Positions 46,303 through 57,300 of a DNA stretch of 64,000 nucleotides are shown here, piece by piece. The notes below the pieces were generated by a model. The model saw only the letters and a program-made list of their open reading frames with translations. It had not been told where the DNA came from and did no database searches. Origin of the DNA: Bacteroidales bacterium (lineage in GTDB: Bacteria; Bacteroidota; Bacteroidia; Bacteroidales; VadinHA17); contig JAXLTT010000001.1 in NCBI GenBank assembly GCA_046329875.1, positions 405,226 to 469,225 of the forward strand, read 5' to 3'. A program made the translations under genes and the position numbers. Position 1 is the stretch's first letter, and each line of letters begins with the position of its first letter.

Positions 46303-48537
46303 ATGATTAAAAACACCGGAAGAATCCTGATGACACTGGTATCCCTTGCATTCTTTAATATTGCTGAGGCTGATGATAAGGTAAAAATTTCAAGAATTGA
46401 GGGTCAAATCAACTTTGATGGCAGACCTTCTGAAGCATCATGGGAAACTGCCAGTAAATTTCCTCTTGTTATGCATAAACCGAATTTCGGAAATGAACCT
46501 TCTGAGAAAACGGAAGTTATGATTGGCTACGACAATGAATACCTGTGGGTTGGAGCACGTCTTTTCATGAGTGATCCAAAAAAGATATTCACCCCCACAA
46601 AAAAAAGGGATGAAATGATGTTCGGGCTTGATGCACTTGGTATAATACTCGATACTTATAATGATAATGAAAATGCCCTGGCCTTTTATACAACACCAAC
46701 AGGACTGAGGTCCGATTATGAAATTGCAAACGATGGAGCCATGAATGGAGGGGATCCGTTTGCCGTTACAAATTATAGCTGGAATACATTCTGGGATGTA
46801 AAAACCACCCGTGATGAAAACGGCTGGTATGTTGAAATGCGGATACCTTTTTCGAGCCTGAGATTCAAAACTGAGAACGATATTGCAACAATGGGTCTGA
46901 TTATTGTAAGAAACATAGGTTCAAATAGTGAGGTTGATACCTATCCTTCAATAGATCCAAAATACGGATTCATGGCAATAAATAAACCCTCTATTGGAAA
47001 GAAAATTACGATAGAAGGTGCCAGGCCCCAGAAACCAGTATATGTCTCACCATATGTAATAGGAGGCTTCTCAAGAAGCTATCCTATGAATGAAAGTGGT
47101 ACCAGCTATGACAGGAAGGACAAGCCTGTTTTTAATGCCGGCCTTGATGTAAAATACAACCTTAACAGTAAGCTTACACTCGACCTTACCGCCAACACAG
47201 ATTTTGCACAGGTGGAGGCAGATGACCAGATGGTGAACCTTACAAGATATTCACTCTATTTTCCCGAAAAAAGGATGTTCTTCCAGGAAAGGTCGAGCCT
47301 TTTCAGTTTCAGCCTCGGAGGTCATTCGGATAATCTCTTTTACAGCAGGAACATCGGGATTGTGGATCAGACCCCTGTAAGAATTTATGGAGGGGCAAGG
47401 CTCGTAGGAAGGGTCGGCAACTGGGACCTTGGATTTCTTGATATGCAGACCGAAAAGTTTGACCAGACGCCCGGTGAAAATTTTGGATTGCTGCGCCTTC
47501 GAAGACAGGTAATAAACCCTAACTCCTATGTTGGCGGTATTTTCACATCACGAATCGGTGCAAATGGAAAATATAACCTGGCATACGGGCTGGATGGCAT
47601 CTTCAGGATATTCGGGGATGATTATATTTCAGTTAAATGGGCACAGGCATACGACAGCAAGACAATTGACAGCATCAAAGGACTTGAACCATCTTTCATC
47701 CAGCTGATGTGGGAAAGACGCTCAGAAGAAGGGCTCGGCTATAACATCTCATATATATATTCCGGCGAAAGATTTAACCCGGGTATCGGCTTCATACAGA
47801 GAGGGTCTGTCTGGGGCTTAAATGCGAATATTTCATATGGTTTTCTCCCTGGCGAGAAATCAAAACTGTTTAACTACATGTTTTTCGTAAGGAGCGACAG
47901 GTTCACAAGGCTTTCTGACGGTAAGCTTGAATCGATGGCAATTGAACCCGGATTCGAGATTAATACAAAAAAAGAACTCCATCTTGAACTCGGTGCAGAG
48001 ATTCAACAGGAAGGTGTTAAGGAAGAATTTCCTCTGTCTGACAGTGTTAAAATTAAAGCCGGAGATTACACCTTCACTACACTTCAGGCAATGATCGGCA
48101 CCTCTGAATCAAAGAAGGTCTCAGTAAATGGTGATATTTTTGCCGGGCAGTTCTTTGATGGAAACAGGATAGGCATAAGGCCGATGATAAAGCTGAATCT
48201 GACAGCCAGCCTGAAAATGGAATTAGGTTACGAATTTAACGCACTAAGGTTTCCCGACAGGGTATCTAACAAAAAACTCGATATACACTCAGTCAATTCT
48301 AGGGCTGTTTACATGTTCAGTACAAAAATATCTGCAACTGTCTTCGTCCAGTACGTAACAACACAGAATGAACTGGTAAGCAACTTCAGGCTGAGGTATA
48401 ATCCCAGGGAAGGAAATGACTTCTACCTTGTTTTAAACGATTACAGGTCAATGGGCAAGAAAGAGGTCGTACCAATTTTGCCGGCTTATTTTGACCGGAC
48501 AATAATGGTTAAATACACTCACACCTTTATTTTTTAG
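46303..48537 (+). CDS. CBM9-like + DUF5916 outer-membrane-type protein
   Basis: IEGQINFDGRPSEASWETA is a CBM9-like start. It is followed by ~550 aa of beta-rich sequence ending in THTFIF. Confidence 0.55.
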   Translation: MIKNTGRILMTLVSLAFFNIAEADDKVKISRIEGQINFDGRPSEASWETASKFPLVMHKPNFGNEPSEKTEVMIGYDNEYLWVGARLFMSDPKKIFTPTKKRDEMMFGLDALGIILDTYNDNENALAFYTTPTGLRSDYEIANDGAMNGGDPFAVTNYSWNTFWDVKTTRDENGWYVEMRIPFSSLRFKTENDIATMGLIIVRNIGSNSEVDTYPSIDPKYGFMAINKPSIGKKITIEGARPQKPVYVSPYVIGGFSRSYPMNESGTSYDRKDKPVFNAGLDVKYNLNSKLTLDLTANTDFAQVEADDQMVNLTRYSLYFPEKRMFFQERSSLFSFSLGGHSDNLFYSRNIGIVDQTPVRIYGGARLVGRVGNWDLGFLDMQTEKFDQTPGENFGLLRLRRQVINPNSYVGGIFTSRIGANGKYNLAYGLDGIFRIFGDDYISVKWAQAYDSKTIDSIKGLEPSFIQLMWERRSEEGLGYNISYIYSGERFNPGIGFIQRGSVWGLNANISYGFLPGEKSKLFNYMFFVRSDRFTRLSDGKLESMAIEPGFEINTKKELHLELGAEIQQEGVKEEFPLSDSVKIKAGDYTFTTLQAMIGTSESKKVSVNGDIFAGQFFDGNRIGIRPMIKLNLTASLKMELGYEFNALRFPDRVSNKKLDIHSVNSRAVYMFSTKISATVFVQYVTTQNELVSNFRLRYNPREGNDFYLVLNDYRSMGKKEVVPILPAYFDRTIMVKYTHTFIF

Positions 48538-48580
48538 GCTGTAGAGGCTATAGAGGCTATAGAGGCTGTAGAGGCTGTTA
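48536..48580. repeat. 9-nt tandem repeat AGGCT(G/A)TAG, about 5 copies
   Basis: aggctgtag aggctatag aggctatag aggctgtag aggctgtta. It spans the whole spacer between the TAG stop of the plus-strand gene (48535-48537) and the TAA stop (48578-48580) of the convergent GH5 gene. Confidence 0.9.
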
Positions 48581-49741
48581 GTATTTTTTAAGGAGCTCAA
48601 GCAGTTTTGTATCGAGTTTGTGGCCATACCAGTCTGAATAATCCACATCTTTTCTGCCGGAATCAAGTATACCAAAATCTCCGCGGAAGTTCCACAGTGC
48701 GTAACCTATATTGGCCCCGGTAAGTATATCCAGTATATCTTCAAACCAGGCAAGGAAGACCTTGTGCGGCGTCTTGTTATAGCAACCTCCTTCCCCGCAA
48801 TGAACGCCGGTTCCCCTTGAAACAAGCTCCAGCCAGGGCTTGTAAAATTCCTCAAGGGAGCTTCTGTCCCATCTTTTCCCTTCAATAATCCCAGGCCATG
48901 CAGGCTCAGGTGCTTTCGACGGATCTTTCCATACCCATGGAGCCTGGAAATGTGAAACCAGTCCGGGGTAATATGCTCTACAGCTCTGTGCGATACCCAG
49001 CCCTTCAAGTTCAGGAATTACAGAGTTTCCTCCGCCATTACCGTCTGCTATAATAAGGCGACCTGGTGAGATATCCCTTATTGCCTTCACTGCTCCGGCA
49101 GCAACAGTTTTATAAATCTCACCGGGAACCGGTCCTTTTTTTGCATATTGATCATTCATGTCTTCAATATAAGCCGGTTCATTCAGAAGGTCGAAGCTGA
49201 GCTTATCAGATGATACATCTTTAAACCTTTCAGCCCACATTGCCCAGTGCTTATTGAAAGCTTCCCTCGCATCCTGGTCTTTCCACAAGTTAAACGGCTC
49301 ATGAAAACCTGCATTTATGCAATATCCCGGGCCCCTGTGAAGGTTCAGACTCACATGCAGCTTGTATTTGTGAGCCAGGTAAACCAGGTTATCAATTTCA
49401 TTAACTGCATCCGGATTGAAACTGCAGGTTTCTTCCTTTCTGATATCGCGGCTTCGGTCAAATGAAAGATATGACGGGTAGGCAATGGGGATTCTTACAA
49501 AGTTAAAGCCCCAGTCAGACATCCACTTAAAATCATCCTCGGTAGTTCTCCAGTTTGCAGTCCTGACTGGTAATGCCGGACTAAAAAAATCAAGAAGGTT
49601 GAATCCTTTCCACCTTGGAAGTTTGTTGATTGCCTTTTCTGGGTTATTTTCAAAGCTTAATGAAGGATTGAGCGAAATTGCAGCAGCACCAACTGCAGTA
49701 CTTTTCAGAAAATGCCTGCGTGTAAGGGTATTACTTTTCAT
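48578..49741 (-). CDS. glycoside hydrolase family 5 with twin-arginine signal
   Basis: TRRHFLKSTAVGAAAISL. GFNFVRIPIAY, LLNEPAY (acid/base) and HCGEGG (nucleophile region). Confidence 0.8.
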   Translation of the reverse strand: MKSNTLTRRHFLKSTAVGAAAISLNPSLSFENNPEKAINKLPRWKGFNLLDFFSPALPVRTANWRTTEDDFKWMSDWGFNFVRIPIAYPSYLSFDRSRDIRKEETCSFNPDAVNEIDNLVYLAHKYKLHVSLNLHRGPGYCINAGFHEPFNLWKDQDAREAFNKHWAMWAERFKDVSSDKLSFDLLNEPAYIEDMNDQYAKKGPVPGEIYKTVAAGAVKAIRDISPGRLIIADGNGGGNSVIPELEGLGIAQSCRAYYPGLVSHFQAPWVWKDPSKAPEPAWPGIIEGKRWDRSSLEEFYKPWLELVSRGTGVHCGEGGCYNKTPHKVFLAWFEDILDILTGANIGYALWNFRGDFGILDSGRKDVDYSDWYGHKLDTKLLELLKKY

Positions 49742-49884
49742 AGAGGGTTATTTGAAAATAAAATTACATCTATTTTTTATCAAAATTCACAACAAAAATC
49801 GGATCAGGGCATCAATTACCTGCATTTGTCTAATCTTTTGTACCTTTGGATTGTTACACTTATATCCAGTTAATATTAAAGTAT

Positions 49885-50295
49885 ATGCAGAAGCTACTTT
49901 TTCTGATTTTCGCCGTTTCATCCATGATGTTCTTTTCATGTAAGAAAAGTTCGGAATCGGTAAATGTAACAAACCTGACCTCTGTGACATGGACAAGCGA
50001 CAGTCTCCTTGCCAACGGGGTAGTTGCGGATGGTACTGGCCAGATGCTTGAAAAATTCAAGGGTGATGCCAAATTCAACAAGGACGGCAGCGGCTATTTC
50101 GGCAAATATACCGGCACATGGAAGTTTACGAACCTTGAAAAGCAGATTGTAATCGACTCCGATTCACTGATGCTTCCGGTAACTGCAAATATTGTTTTGC
50201 TTAACTCCACTGACTTCAAGATAACAACACTATATCCGAATGTTATAAATCCAGCAAGCCCCATTCCTATCAGAATGACATTCAAGGCTAAATGA
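49885..50295 (+). CDS. small lipocalin-like lipoprotein
   Basis: The ORF track begins at TTG 49846. ATG 49885 gives MQKLLFLIFAVSSMMFFSC (lipobox). Overlaps the downstream TBDR start by 4 nt. Confidence 0.55.
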   Translation: MQKLLFLIFAVSSMMFFSCKKSSESVNVTNLTSVTWTSDSLLANGVVADGTGQMLEKFKGDAKFNKDGSGYFGKYTGTWKFTNLEKQIVIDSDSLMLPVTANIVLLNSTDFKITTLYPNVINPASPIPIRMTFKAK

Positions 50296-52523
50296 CATCA
50301 TTCAGATCCGTTACTTCTTTTATCCTGGCGTTTTTCGCCCTGGCAAACCTTCATTCGCAGGTAATTGTTACAGGCCGGGTGCTTGATGCTGCAACAGGTG
50401 AGCCAATGGCGGGAGTCTATGTAATTTATGGAAAGAACTCCGCCACATCCACAGGCATTGACGGGAAATACCAGTTCAGCCCTGATACAGGAAGGATACA
50501 TGTAACCTGGCAATTCATAGGCTACATAGCACATAAGGAAGATATAATTGTACACAGCGGAAAAAATGAGCTGCCGGATATAAGACTTGAAACAGAAACA
50601 ACAACCCTCGCACAAGTCATTGTAAGTGCAGATCGTGTTGAACGGAAGCTATCCGACCTTACAGTTTCAGTAGATGTGATCAAATCGGATTTTCTTGAAA
50701 GAAATCACATTGCCGAGGCCCAGGAACTAATAACAAAGACTCCGGGAATCGAGGTACTTGACGGTCAGGCATCGATAAGGGGAGGCAGTGGTTTCAGTTA
50801 TGGCGTAGGCAGCAGGGTGCTGGCACTTGTGGATGGTCTTCCTCTCCTTTCGGGTGATGCAGGCAGTATAAGATGGCAATATCTACCTGTTGAGAATATT
50901 TCACAGGTTGAGATCATAAAAGGGGCATCATCCGTGCTTTACGGCTCATCTGCCCTTGACGGGATAATCAATTTCAGAACATCAGATGCAGGCAATATAC
51001 CTGTTACGTCAGTATTCAATGAAACAGGTTTATACCTGAGCCCGAGGAACAAAAACTGGAAATGGTGGAAAGGACCACGCTTCTCTTCCATGCTGTCATT
51101 CTCACACCTGAGCAGGACAGGTAACACTGATGTAGGCCTGAATATAAACCTCTTCACTGATAACAGTTACAGGAAATATAATGATGAAAGCCTGGGCAAA
51201 CTTGGATTGCGCCTAAAACATTACTCAAAGAAGTTCCCTGGACTTACATATGGTGCAAACCTCACTGCCGGACTGACCTCCAAAACTGATTTTATCCTAT
51301 GGAAGAATGCTGACAACGCCCTCATCCAGGATACATCAAGTGTCTCATCACTGGATGGCCGGTTTATCTCAGTTGATCCATTCATTTCGATGTCAAAACC
51401 CGGTATCTACAGGCACGACCTGAGGATGAGGCTTCAATATAATGAAAACAGGTTCCCTGTAAGGCCAAACAACGATGCCTCTGCCCTTTCGTTATATTCT
51501 GAATACCAGGGCTGGTTTCATATAAACGACCTTATTAATATTACCGGTGGGGCTGCCTTTACTCTGAATAGTGTGAACTCCAATTTCTTCGGCAATCACC
51601 AGGGGATAAATGCCGCTCTCTTTGGCCAGGCTGAATACAGCCCTGTTGAAAGGCTGAAAATAGTTGCCGGTGTTCGTGCAGAAGAAAATATTCTCGACTC
51701 CAAAACTGACAGGCTTGTACCTGTTTTCAGAACCGGAATTAACCTGAAGCTTGCAGAATTTACCTTTTTCAGGGCATCTTTCGGCCAGGGCTACAGGTTT
51801 CCTTCAATAGCTGAGAAATACGCGTCAACAGCACTCGGATCGGTAACAATTTTTCCCAACCCTAATGTGGCTGCCGAATCGGGATGGAGCACGGAAGCTG
51901 GGCTCAGGCAGGGAATTAAGATTGGATCAGTAACAGGATATGCCGACCTCGCAGTATTTTACAGTCAAAACAAAGACCTTATTGAGTATATCTTCGGCCT
52001 CTACCCGCTTGGACTTGGATTTATGGCTGACAATGTTGAGCATTCAAGGATCTATGGTACCGAGCTTGAGTTTTCTTTCAGCCGTACATTCGGAAAAGCC
52101 AGGGTGCATGCTAATGGCGGATATACTTACCTGTATCCTGTCGAATTCAATGCCTATACAGGAAAAAATACCGACACCTGGTTGAAGTACAGGAGAAAAA
52201 ATTCAGCTAAACTGAGCATGGGTGTTTCATGGAAAAAGATTGAATCGGAGTTTAGCTTATACCTGCGTTCAAAAATCCTCAATATTGATGATGTCTTTCT
52301 GAGCCCGGCATCCCGAGAAACAATTCTTCCGGGGTTCTATGACTACTGGCTCAGCCATAATAAAAGTTACATTGTACTTGATATCAGTGCCGGTTATAAT
52401 ATAAACAGGTGGATGACTGTTTCTCTTGCCCTGAAAAACAGCACGAATACTGAATACATGGGAAGGCCAGGCGATATACAGGCACCCAGGTCGCTCTGCG
52501 TGAGACTATCAGGTAAATTCTGA
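50292..52523 (+). CDS. TonB-dependent receptor (CarbopepD_reg + plug + barrel)
   Basis: VTGRVLDAATGEPMAGVYV, the plug IRGGSGFSYGVGSRVLALVDGLPL...IEIIKGASSVLYGSSALDGIINF, and a terminal F. Confidence 0.85.
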   Translation: MTSFRSVTSFILAFFALANLHSQVIVTGRVLDAATGEPMAGVYVIYGKNSATSTGIDGKYQFSPDTGRIHVTWQFIGYIAHKEDIIVHSGKNELPDIRLETETTTLAQVIVSADRVERKLSDLTVSVDVIKSDFLERNHIAEAQELITKTPGIEVLDGQASIRGGSGFSYGVGSRVLALVDGLPLLSGDAGSIRWQYLPVENISQVEIIKGASSVLYGSSALDGIINFRTSDAGNIPVTSVFNETGLYLSPRNKNWKWWKGPRFSSMLSFSHLSRTGNTDVGLNINLFTDNSYRKYNDESLGKLGLRLKHYSKKFPGLTYGANLTAGLTSKTDFILWKNADNALIQDTSSVSSLDGRFISVDPFISMSKPGIYRHDLRMRLQYNENRFPVRPNNDASALSLYSEYQGWFHINDLINITGGAAFTLNSVNSNFFGNHQGINAALFGQAEYSPVERLKIVAGVRAEENILDSKTDRLVPVFRTGINLKLAEFTFFRASFGQGYRFPSIAEKYASTALGSVTIFPNPNVAAESGWSTEAGLRQGIKIGSVTGYADLAVFYSQNKDLIEYIFGLYPLGLGFMADNVEHSRIYGTELEFSFSRTFGKARVHANGGYTYLYPVEFNAYTGKNTDTWLKYRRKNSAKLSMGVSWKKIESEFSLYLRSKILNIDDVFLSPASRETILPGFYDYWLSHNKSYIVLDISAGYNINRWMTVSLALKNSTNTEYMGRPGDIQAPRSLCVRLSGKF

Positions 52524-52530
52524 ACTGCCG

Positions 52531-54279
52531 CTATTTAATATAAACGGGATCACTCAGTTTTGAGACACCGGTTTCATTGAATGCCTCTATTGCAAAATAA
52601 TAATCCTGCCCAACATTAAGTGCCCTTATCTCGAGAGATTCTCCCTCATCAGCAAATCTCTGGTAGGTCTGGTAAAGTTTTTCTTTGCCTATTCCCCAGC
52701 GTATGTTGTATCCGACCGCTCCCGGCACTTTCTGCCACTTAAGAAAACAGTTACGTGCGTCGGTATCCCTTACTGCGCTTAGTTTGGCAGGAGTTGATGG
52801 AAGTTTACCATCTGAATTCCCGAAAACCCTTATATCGCTAACAGCAAGGTTTGCGGCACCAACATATACATGCTCGAACTTTACATAACGTCCCTTTTCA
52901 GGTTTTTCCAGTTCAACATAAGCGTTAGGCCTGTCTTTCTTTTCATTCGTGTTATCAAATACCTTTTTCCAGTTATTGCCATCCGCAGAAACATAAAACC
53001 TGAACTGCGTATATACAGTTGAATCACTGTCGTATACATTGGATTTATAGTCTGTATAGTTAACCTGGAATGCTTTTATATCCATCTCTTTAAGGAGATC
53101 CATAACAATCCACTCCCCTTCTTTCCTTGATGGAGCAACCCAGTAAGTCCGTGGATTTTCGTCATTTACATTATTTACATTAAAATCGCCCAGGGTACCT
53201 GATGCCTTACAGGGTTTTCTGTATGACAGTAACATCCATCCTGTAAAAAGCTCATCTCTCGACTGCCATTTCTTTGTTGGAAGATAATGTGGCAGATCAC
53301 CGAACCTGGTATTTGAAAACATCTGACCGTCAGCATCAAACCCTGCAGGGAACATTGCCACCCTCCTTTCGAAATTCCAGTTTACAGCAATCCATGGAGT
53401 GCCAGTGTTCCAATAGTTTCCATAGTTATCCTGGAATGTATTTCCATGGCCGGCACCCTGTACGAAACCTCCCGGCTTATATGATACAGGGTTATATGGT
53501 GCAAACGTGAATGGGCCCAGGGGGTCATCACCGATATAAGTACCGTTTCCATAAACGTTGTATTCGGTTCCCGGTGCTCCATACTGCAGGTAATATTTTC
53601 CTTTATACTTTGTCATCCACGCTCCTTCAGGGAAAGGTCTTATAGTATCACGGTGATCTCTCCCGAATCTCTCCCAACCGTGAATTTCAGGATGCATTTT
53701 AAATAATCCTTTAGCTTCACCGATGTAGGTGAGATGTTTACTCTTGTCGAGTTCAATTCCATATATGGGGAATACATTTGATGATCCGAAGTACATGAAC
53801 CACCTGTCGAGGTCTTCATCATAAAAAATATCCGGATCCCATGGCCCTGTTGCACCTTTAAGCTTTGGAAGGAGCCTGTTATAAAAGATAAGGTGACCAT
53901 TCCATGGTGTTGTGGAAATAAAAATCGGCCTCTGGTCAAACGTACTCTGGAAAAGATAAAGAGTGTCACGAACAGAAAGTGCCGCAGGTGCACACATATC
54001 TTCCATCGGCCATTTGTCGGGAACAACATAATTCCACCTGAGAAGATCCTTCGAATGCCACCAGCCGCCGGAGATTGTGACGAACATGTAAAATTCGCCG
54101 CGATGATTTATTATCACAGGATCAGCCCCCGACCTGTACGAAATCTTTTCATTCAACTGCTCAAAATTGTACCTGTAGCCTATATCAACCGGATTACAAT
54201 AGGTCTTCTGCCATGGAGTCTGTCCATACAGCAGGCTGGCTGCCGTAATAAAAAGCAGCATTGATATTATTCTTCTCAT
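52531..54279 (-). CDS. GH43-type beta-propeller glycoside hydrolase with F5/8 type C (CBM32-like) and Fn3 domains
   Basis: CNPV...SGADPVIINHRGEFYMF and WHSKDLLRW. Discoidin-like NDENPRTYWVAP...WIVMDL. The C-terminal Fn3-like segment is KWQKVPGAVGYNIRW. Confidence 0.65.
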   Translation of the reverse strand: MRRIISMLLFITAASLLYGQTPWQKTYCNPVDIGYRYNFEQLNEKISYRSGADPVIINHRGEFYMFVTISGGWWHSKDLLRWNYVVPDKWPMEDMCAPAALSVRDTLYLFQSTFDQRPIFISTTPWNGHLIFYNRLLPKLKGATGPWDPDIFYDEDLDRWFMYFGSSNVFPIYGIELDKSKHLTYIGEAKGLFKMHPEIHGWERFGRDHRDTIRPFPEGAWMTKYKGKYYLQYGAPGTEYNVYGNGTYIGDDPLGPFTFAPYNPVSYKPGGFVQGAGHGNTFQDNYGNYWNTGTPWIAVNWNFERRVAMFPAGFDADGQMFSNTRFGDLPHYLPTKKWQSRDELFTGWMLLSYRKPCKASGTLGDFNVNNVNDENPRTYWVAPSRKEGEWIVMDLLKEMDIKAFQVNYTDYKSNVYDSDSTVYTQFRFYVSADGNNWKKVFDNTNEKKDRPNAYVELEKPEKGRYVKFEHVYVGAANLAVSDIRVFGNSDGKLPSTPAKLSAVRDTDARNCFLKWQKVPGAVGYNIRWGIGKEKLYQTYQRFADEGESLEIRALNVGQDYYFAIEAFNETGVSKLSDPVYIK

Positions 54280-54349
54280 CTGAACGAATTTTTACAAATC
54301 TGTTTGCTATATAAAATTATGTACTTTTATAAAACAAACCAACCATTTA

Positions 54350-57300
54350 ATGAAACCCGCCATGAAACGCATGATCAGTTATTTCTTCAATTTTTTTACA
54401 ATCATCCTTATTCTTACAATATCCCAGTCGTGTGGGAAAAAACAGAAAGCTGAAAGCACTGTAAGTGATTTTACAACACTGAAAAGCCTGTTCAGTGAGC
54501 CACCAGCCGAGTATACAACATCCCCGTTTTTCGTTTGGGATGACGATATAAATGCTGATGAGATTGACAGGTTCATGGAAGAATTTCACAGGCAGGGAAG
54601 CAGCCAGGTCTTTGTTCATCCCAGGCCCGGACTTGTAACAGAATATCTCTCTGAAAAATGGTTCGACCTCTTCAGGCATACAGTCGACAAAGGAAAAGAA
54701 CTGGGAATGAAGGTCTGGATCTACGATGAAAATTCATATCCAAGTGGTTTCGCAGGGGGTCATGTGCCGGCAGAGATGCCTGAGTCTTATAACCAGGGTC
54801 AGGGCCTTAAAATGATAAAAACAGAAAGTATCCCCGATACGGCAGACAAATTCTATCTTATTCTGAAAGTAGAAAATGGTAACTATTCAGATATAACAAC
54901 CAACATTGCAGCTGAAAAAGGAAAAACAGGAAAGTACTGCCTGTTCTATAAAACCTATAATGGCAAATCCGACTGGTATGGAGGATTTTCTTATGTTGAC
55001 CTTCTCTACCCCGGTGTTACACAGAAATTTATTGATCTTACAATGAAAGGCTATGAAAAGATAGCCGGCGATGAATTCGGTAAAACAGTACCGGGAACCT
55101 TTACAGATGAACCACAGATTGAATCACCCGGGGGGATAAGGTTTACACCTGATCTTTTCAATGAATTCAGGGAAAAATGGGGCTACGACCTGAGACTTAA
55201 CCTTCCTTCACTCTTCGAGGAGACCGGGGACTGGAAACGCATCCGTCACAACTATACACAAACCCTGCTTGACCTGTTCATTGAAAGATGGGCGATACCC
55301 TGGTCGGAGTACTGCGAATCAAAGAATCTGAAATTCACAGGTCATTACTGGGAACATGAATGGCCCAATATGCAGCCGGGCGGTGATAATATGGCAATGT
55401 ACCTGTATCACCAGGAACCTGCAATTGATATGCTTTTCAACCAGTTCAATGATTCATTACCAGGGGCCCAGTTTGGAAATGTCAGATCAGTCAAGGAACT
55501 GGCAAGTGCTGCAAACCAGTCAGGAAGAAGCAGGAAACTGAGTGAAACCTATGGCGGATCCGGATGGGATCTTACTTTCACTGAGATGAAGAGAAATGGT
55601 GACTGGCAATATGCACTTGGTGTAAACCAGATGAACCAGCACCTTACATATTTCTCAATGGAGGGTGCCCGAAAATACGACTACCCTCCGACCTTCGATT
55701 ACCATGAACCATGGTGGACGGATTACAAATACATAAATGATCATTATGCCCGCCTTTCACTTGCCTTATCATCCGGTCGCCAGGTAAATGATATACTGAT
55801 CCTGGAACCTAATACAACATGCTGGATGTACGATTCTTATGTTGAGAGGAACAAAAAGGTTGGTGAGATCGGACAGGCATTCCAGACCTTTGTGACAAGC
55901 CTCGAAAAAAACCAGGTTGAATATGACCTTGGCTCTGAAAGGATACTCAGTGAAACCGGAAGTGTGAAAGACGGGAAGCTTCTTGTCGGATTTGCATCTT
56001 ACTCGAAAGTGGTGATACCCCCTATGACTGAAAACCTGAATCTTAAAACTCTTGAATTGTTAAAGAAATTCGAATCGCAGGGTGGCAAAATAATAGCATG
56101 CTCGGTACCATTCATGGTTGATGGAAAAGAAAACAAAGAAGCTGAAAAAGTTTTTTCAGGCAGAAATGTAAGCATGTTCACTTCGGGTTCTGCAGCAAGT
56201 TTGGCAGGCGAGCTATCAAATGCAACAACATCTTTCAGTAATGTCAGAGGAGAACTGTACCACCAGACCAGGAAACTGAATGACGGTGAACTTGTCTTTC
56301 TAGTAAACTCAGGACTGAATGATTCATTAACCGGGAACCTTAATGTTAAGGGGGCTGGCGTGATAGAAATGAATACTCTTACAGGTGAACTTAACAGTTA
56401 TCCTTTCAGCCAGGAAGGAAGTAATATTACTCTTGGTTTTGCCATGCCTCCTGCAGGCAGCCTTCTTCTGTTCATTCCAGATAAGAAAACTGACGGGTAC
56501 CCCGGGAAGAAGTTAAGTGGTCAGGCTGTGAAGCTGCCTCTTGCACAAAAAATATCAGCGAAGGCAGACAGCGCTAATGTGCTTACAATTGATTTCTGTG
56601 ATCTCACAATCGGAAATGAGACTGCCAGGGATCTGTATTTCTGGGCAGCGGCTGATATGGCTTACAGGAAACATGGCTTAAATAATGGTAATCCATGGAA
56701 CACATCGGTACAGTATAAAACCAATATTGTTGACAGGGATACCTTTAACGTCAAAACCGGATTTACTGCAACATATCACTTCAATGTAAAAGGCAGGTTC
56801 GATTATTCCGGACTTAAAGCAATAATTGAGCGTCCAAACCTGTGGACCGTGAAGATAAACGGAACAGAAATCAAGGCTGTACCTGGAAAATGGTGGCTCG
56901 ACAGAAATTTCGGTGTATTTGAGATAGGAAAAAATGTCAGGGAAGGGGAAAACCTTATATCAATAACTGCAAGTCCGATGAGGATATTTTCCGAGATCGA
57001 ATCGATATATATCACAGGGGATTTTTCACTCGAACCCGCAGCTAAAGGCTGGTCAATAAAAGCACCTATTAAATCAATTGAAGAAGGATCATGGCAGTCA
57101 CAGGGTATGCCCTTCTATTCATGGGGAGTATCTTATTCAGGCAAATTTGACTCAGGTGAATTAACCGGCAGCTACCAGGTATCCCTTCCTGAATGGAAAG
57201 GCACAGTTGCTGAAATATCTGTTAATGGCAAAAAGGCAGCAATCGTGGCATTTCCGCCGTACAGGGCAGATATCACTGCTTTCCTCGTAAAAGGATTAAA

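Noticed and set aside
48448-48675. 75-aa minus-strand ORF containing SLYSLYSLYSLYS.
   Set aside because: It is the translation of the 9-nt tandem repeat and overlaps the 3' end of the GH5 gene. It is not a credible gene.
41251-52523. The two TonB-dependent receptors could be SusC/SusD-type polysaccharide utilisation loci.
   Set aside because: Neither is followed by a SusD-like lipoprotein. One is followed by DUF4249 and the other is preceded by a small lipocalin-like protein. They are not canonical PULs.
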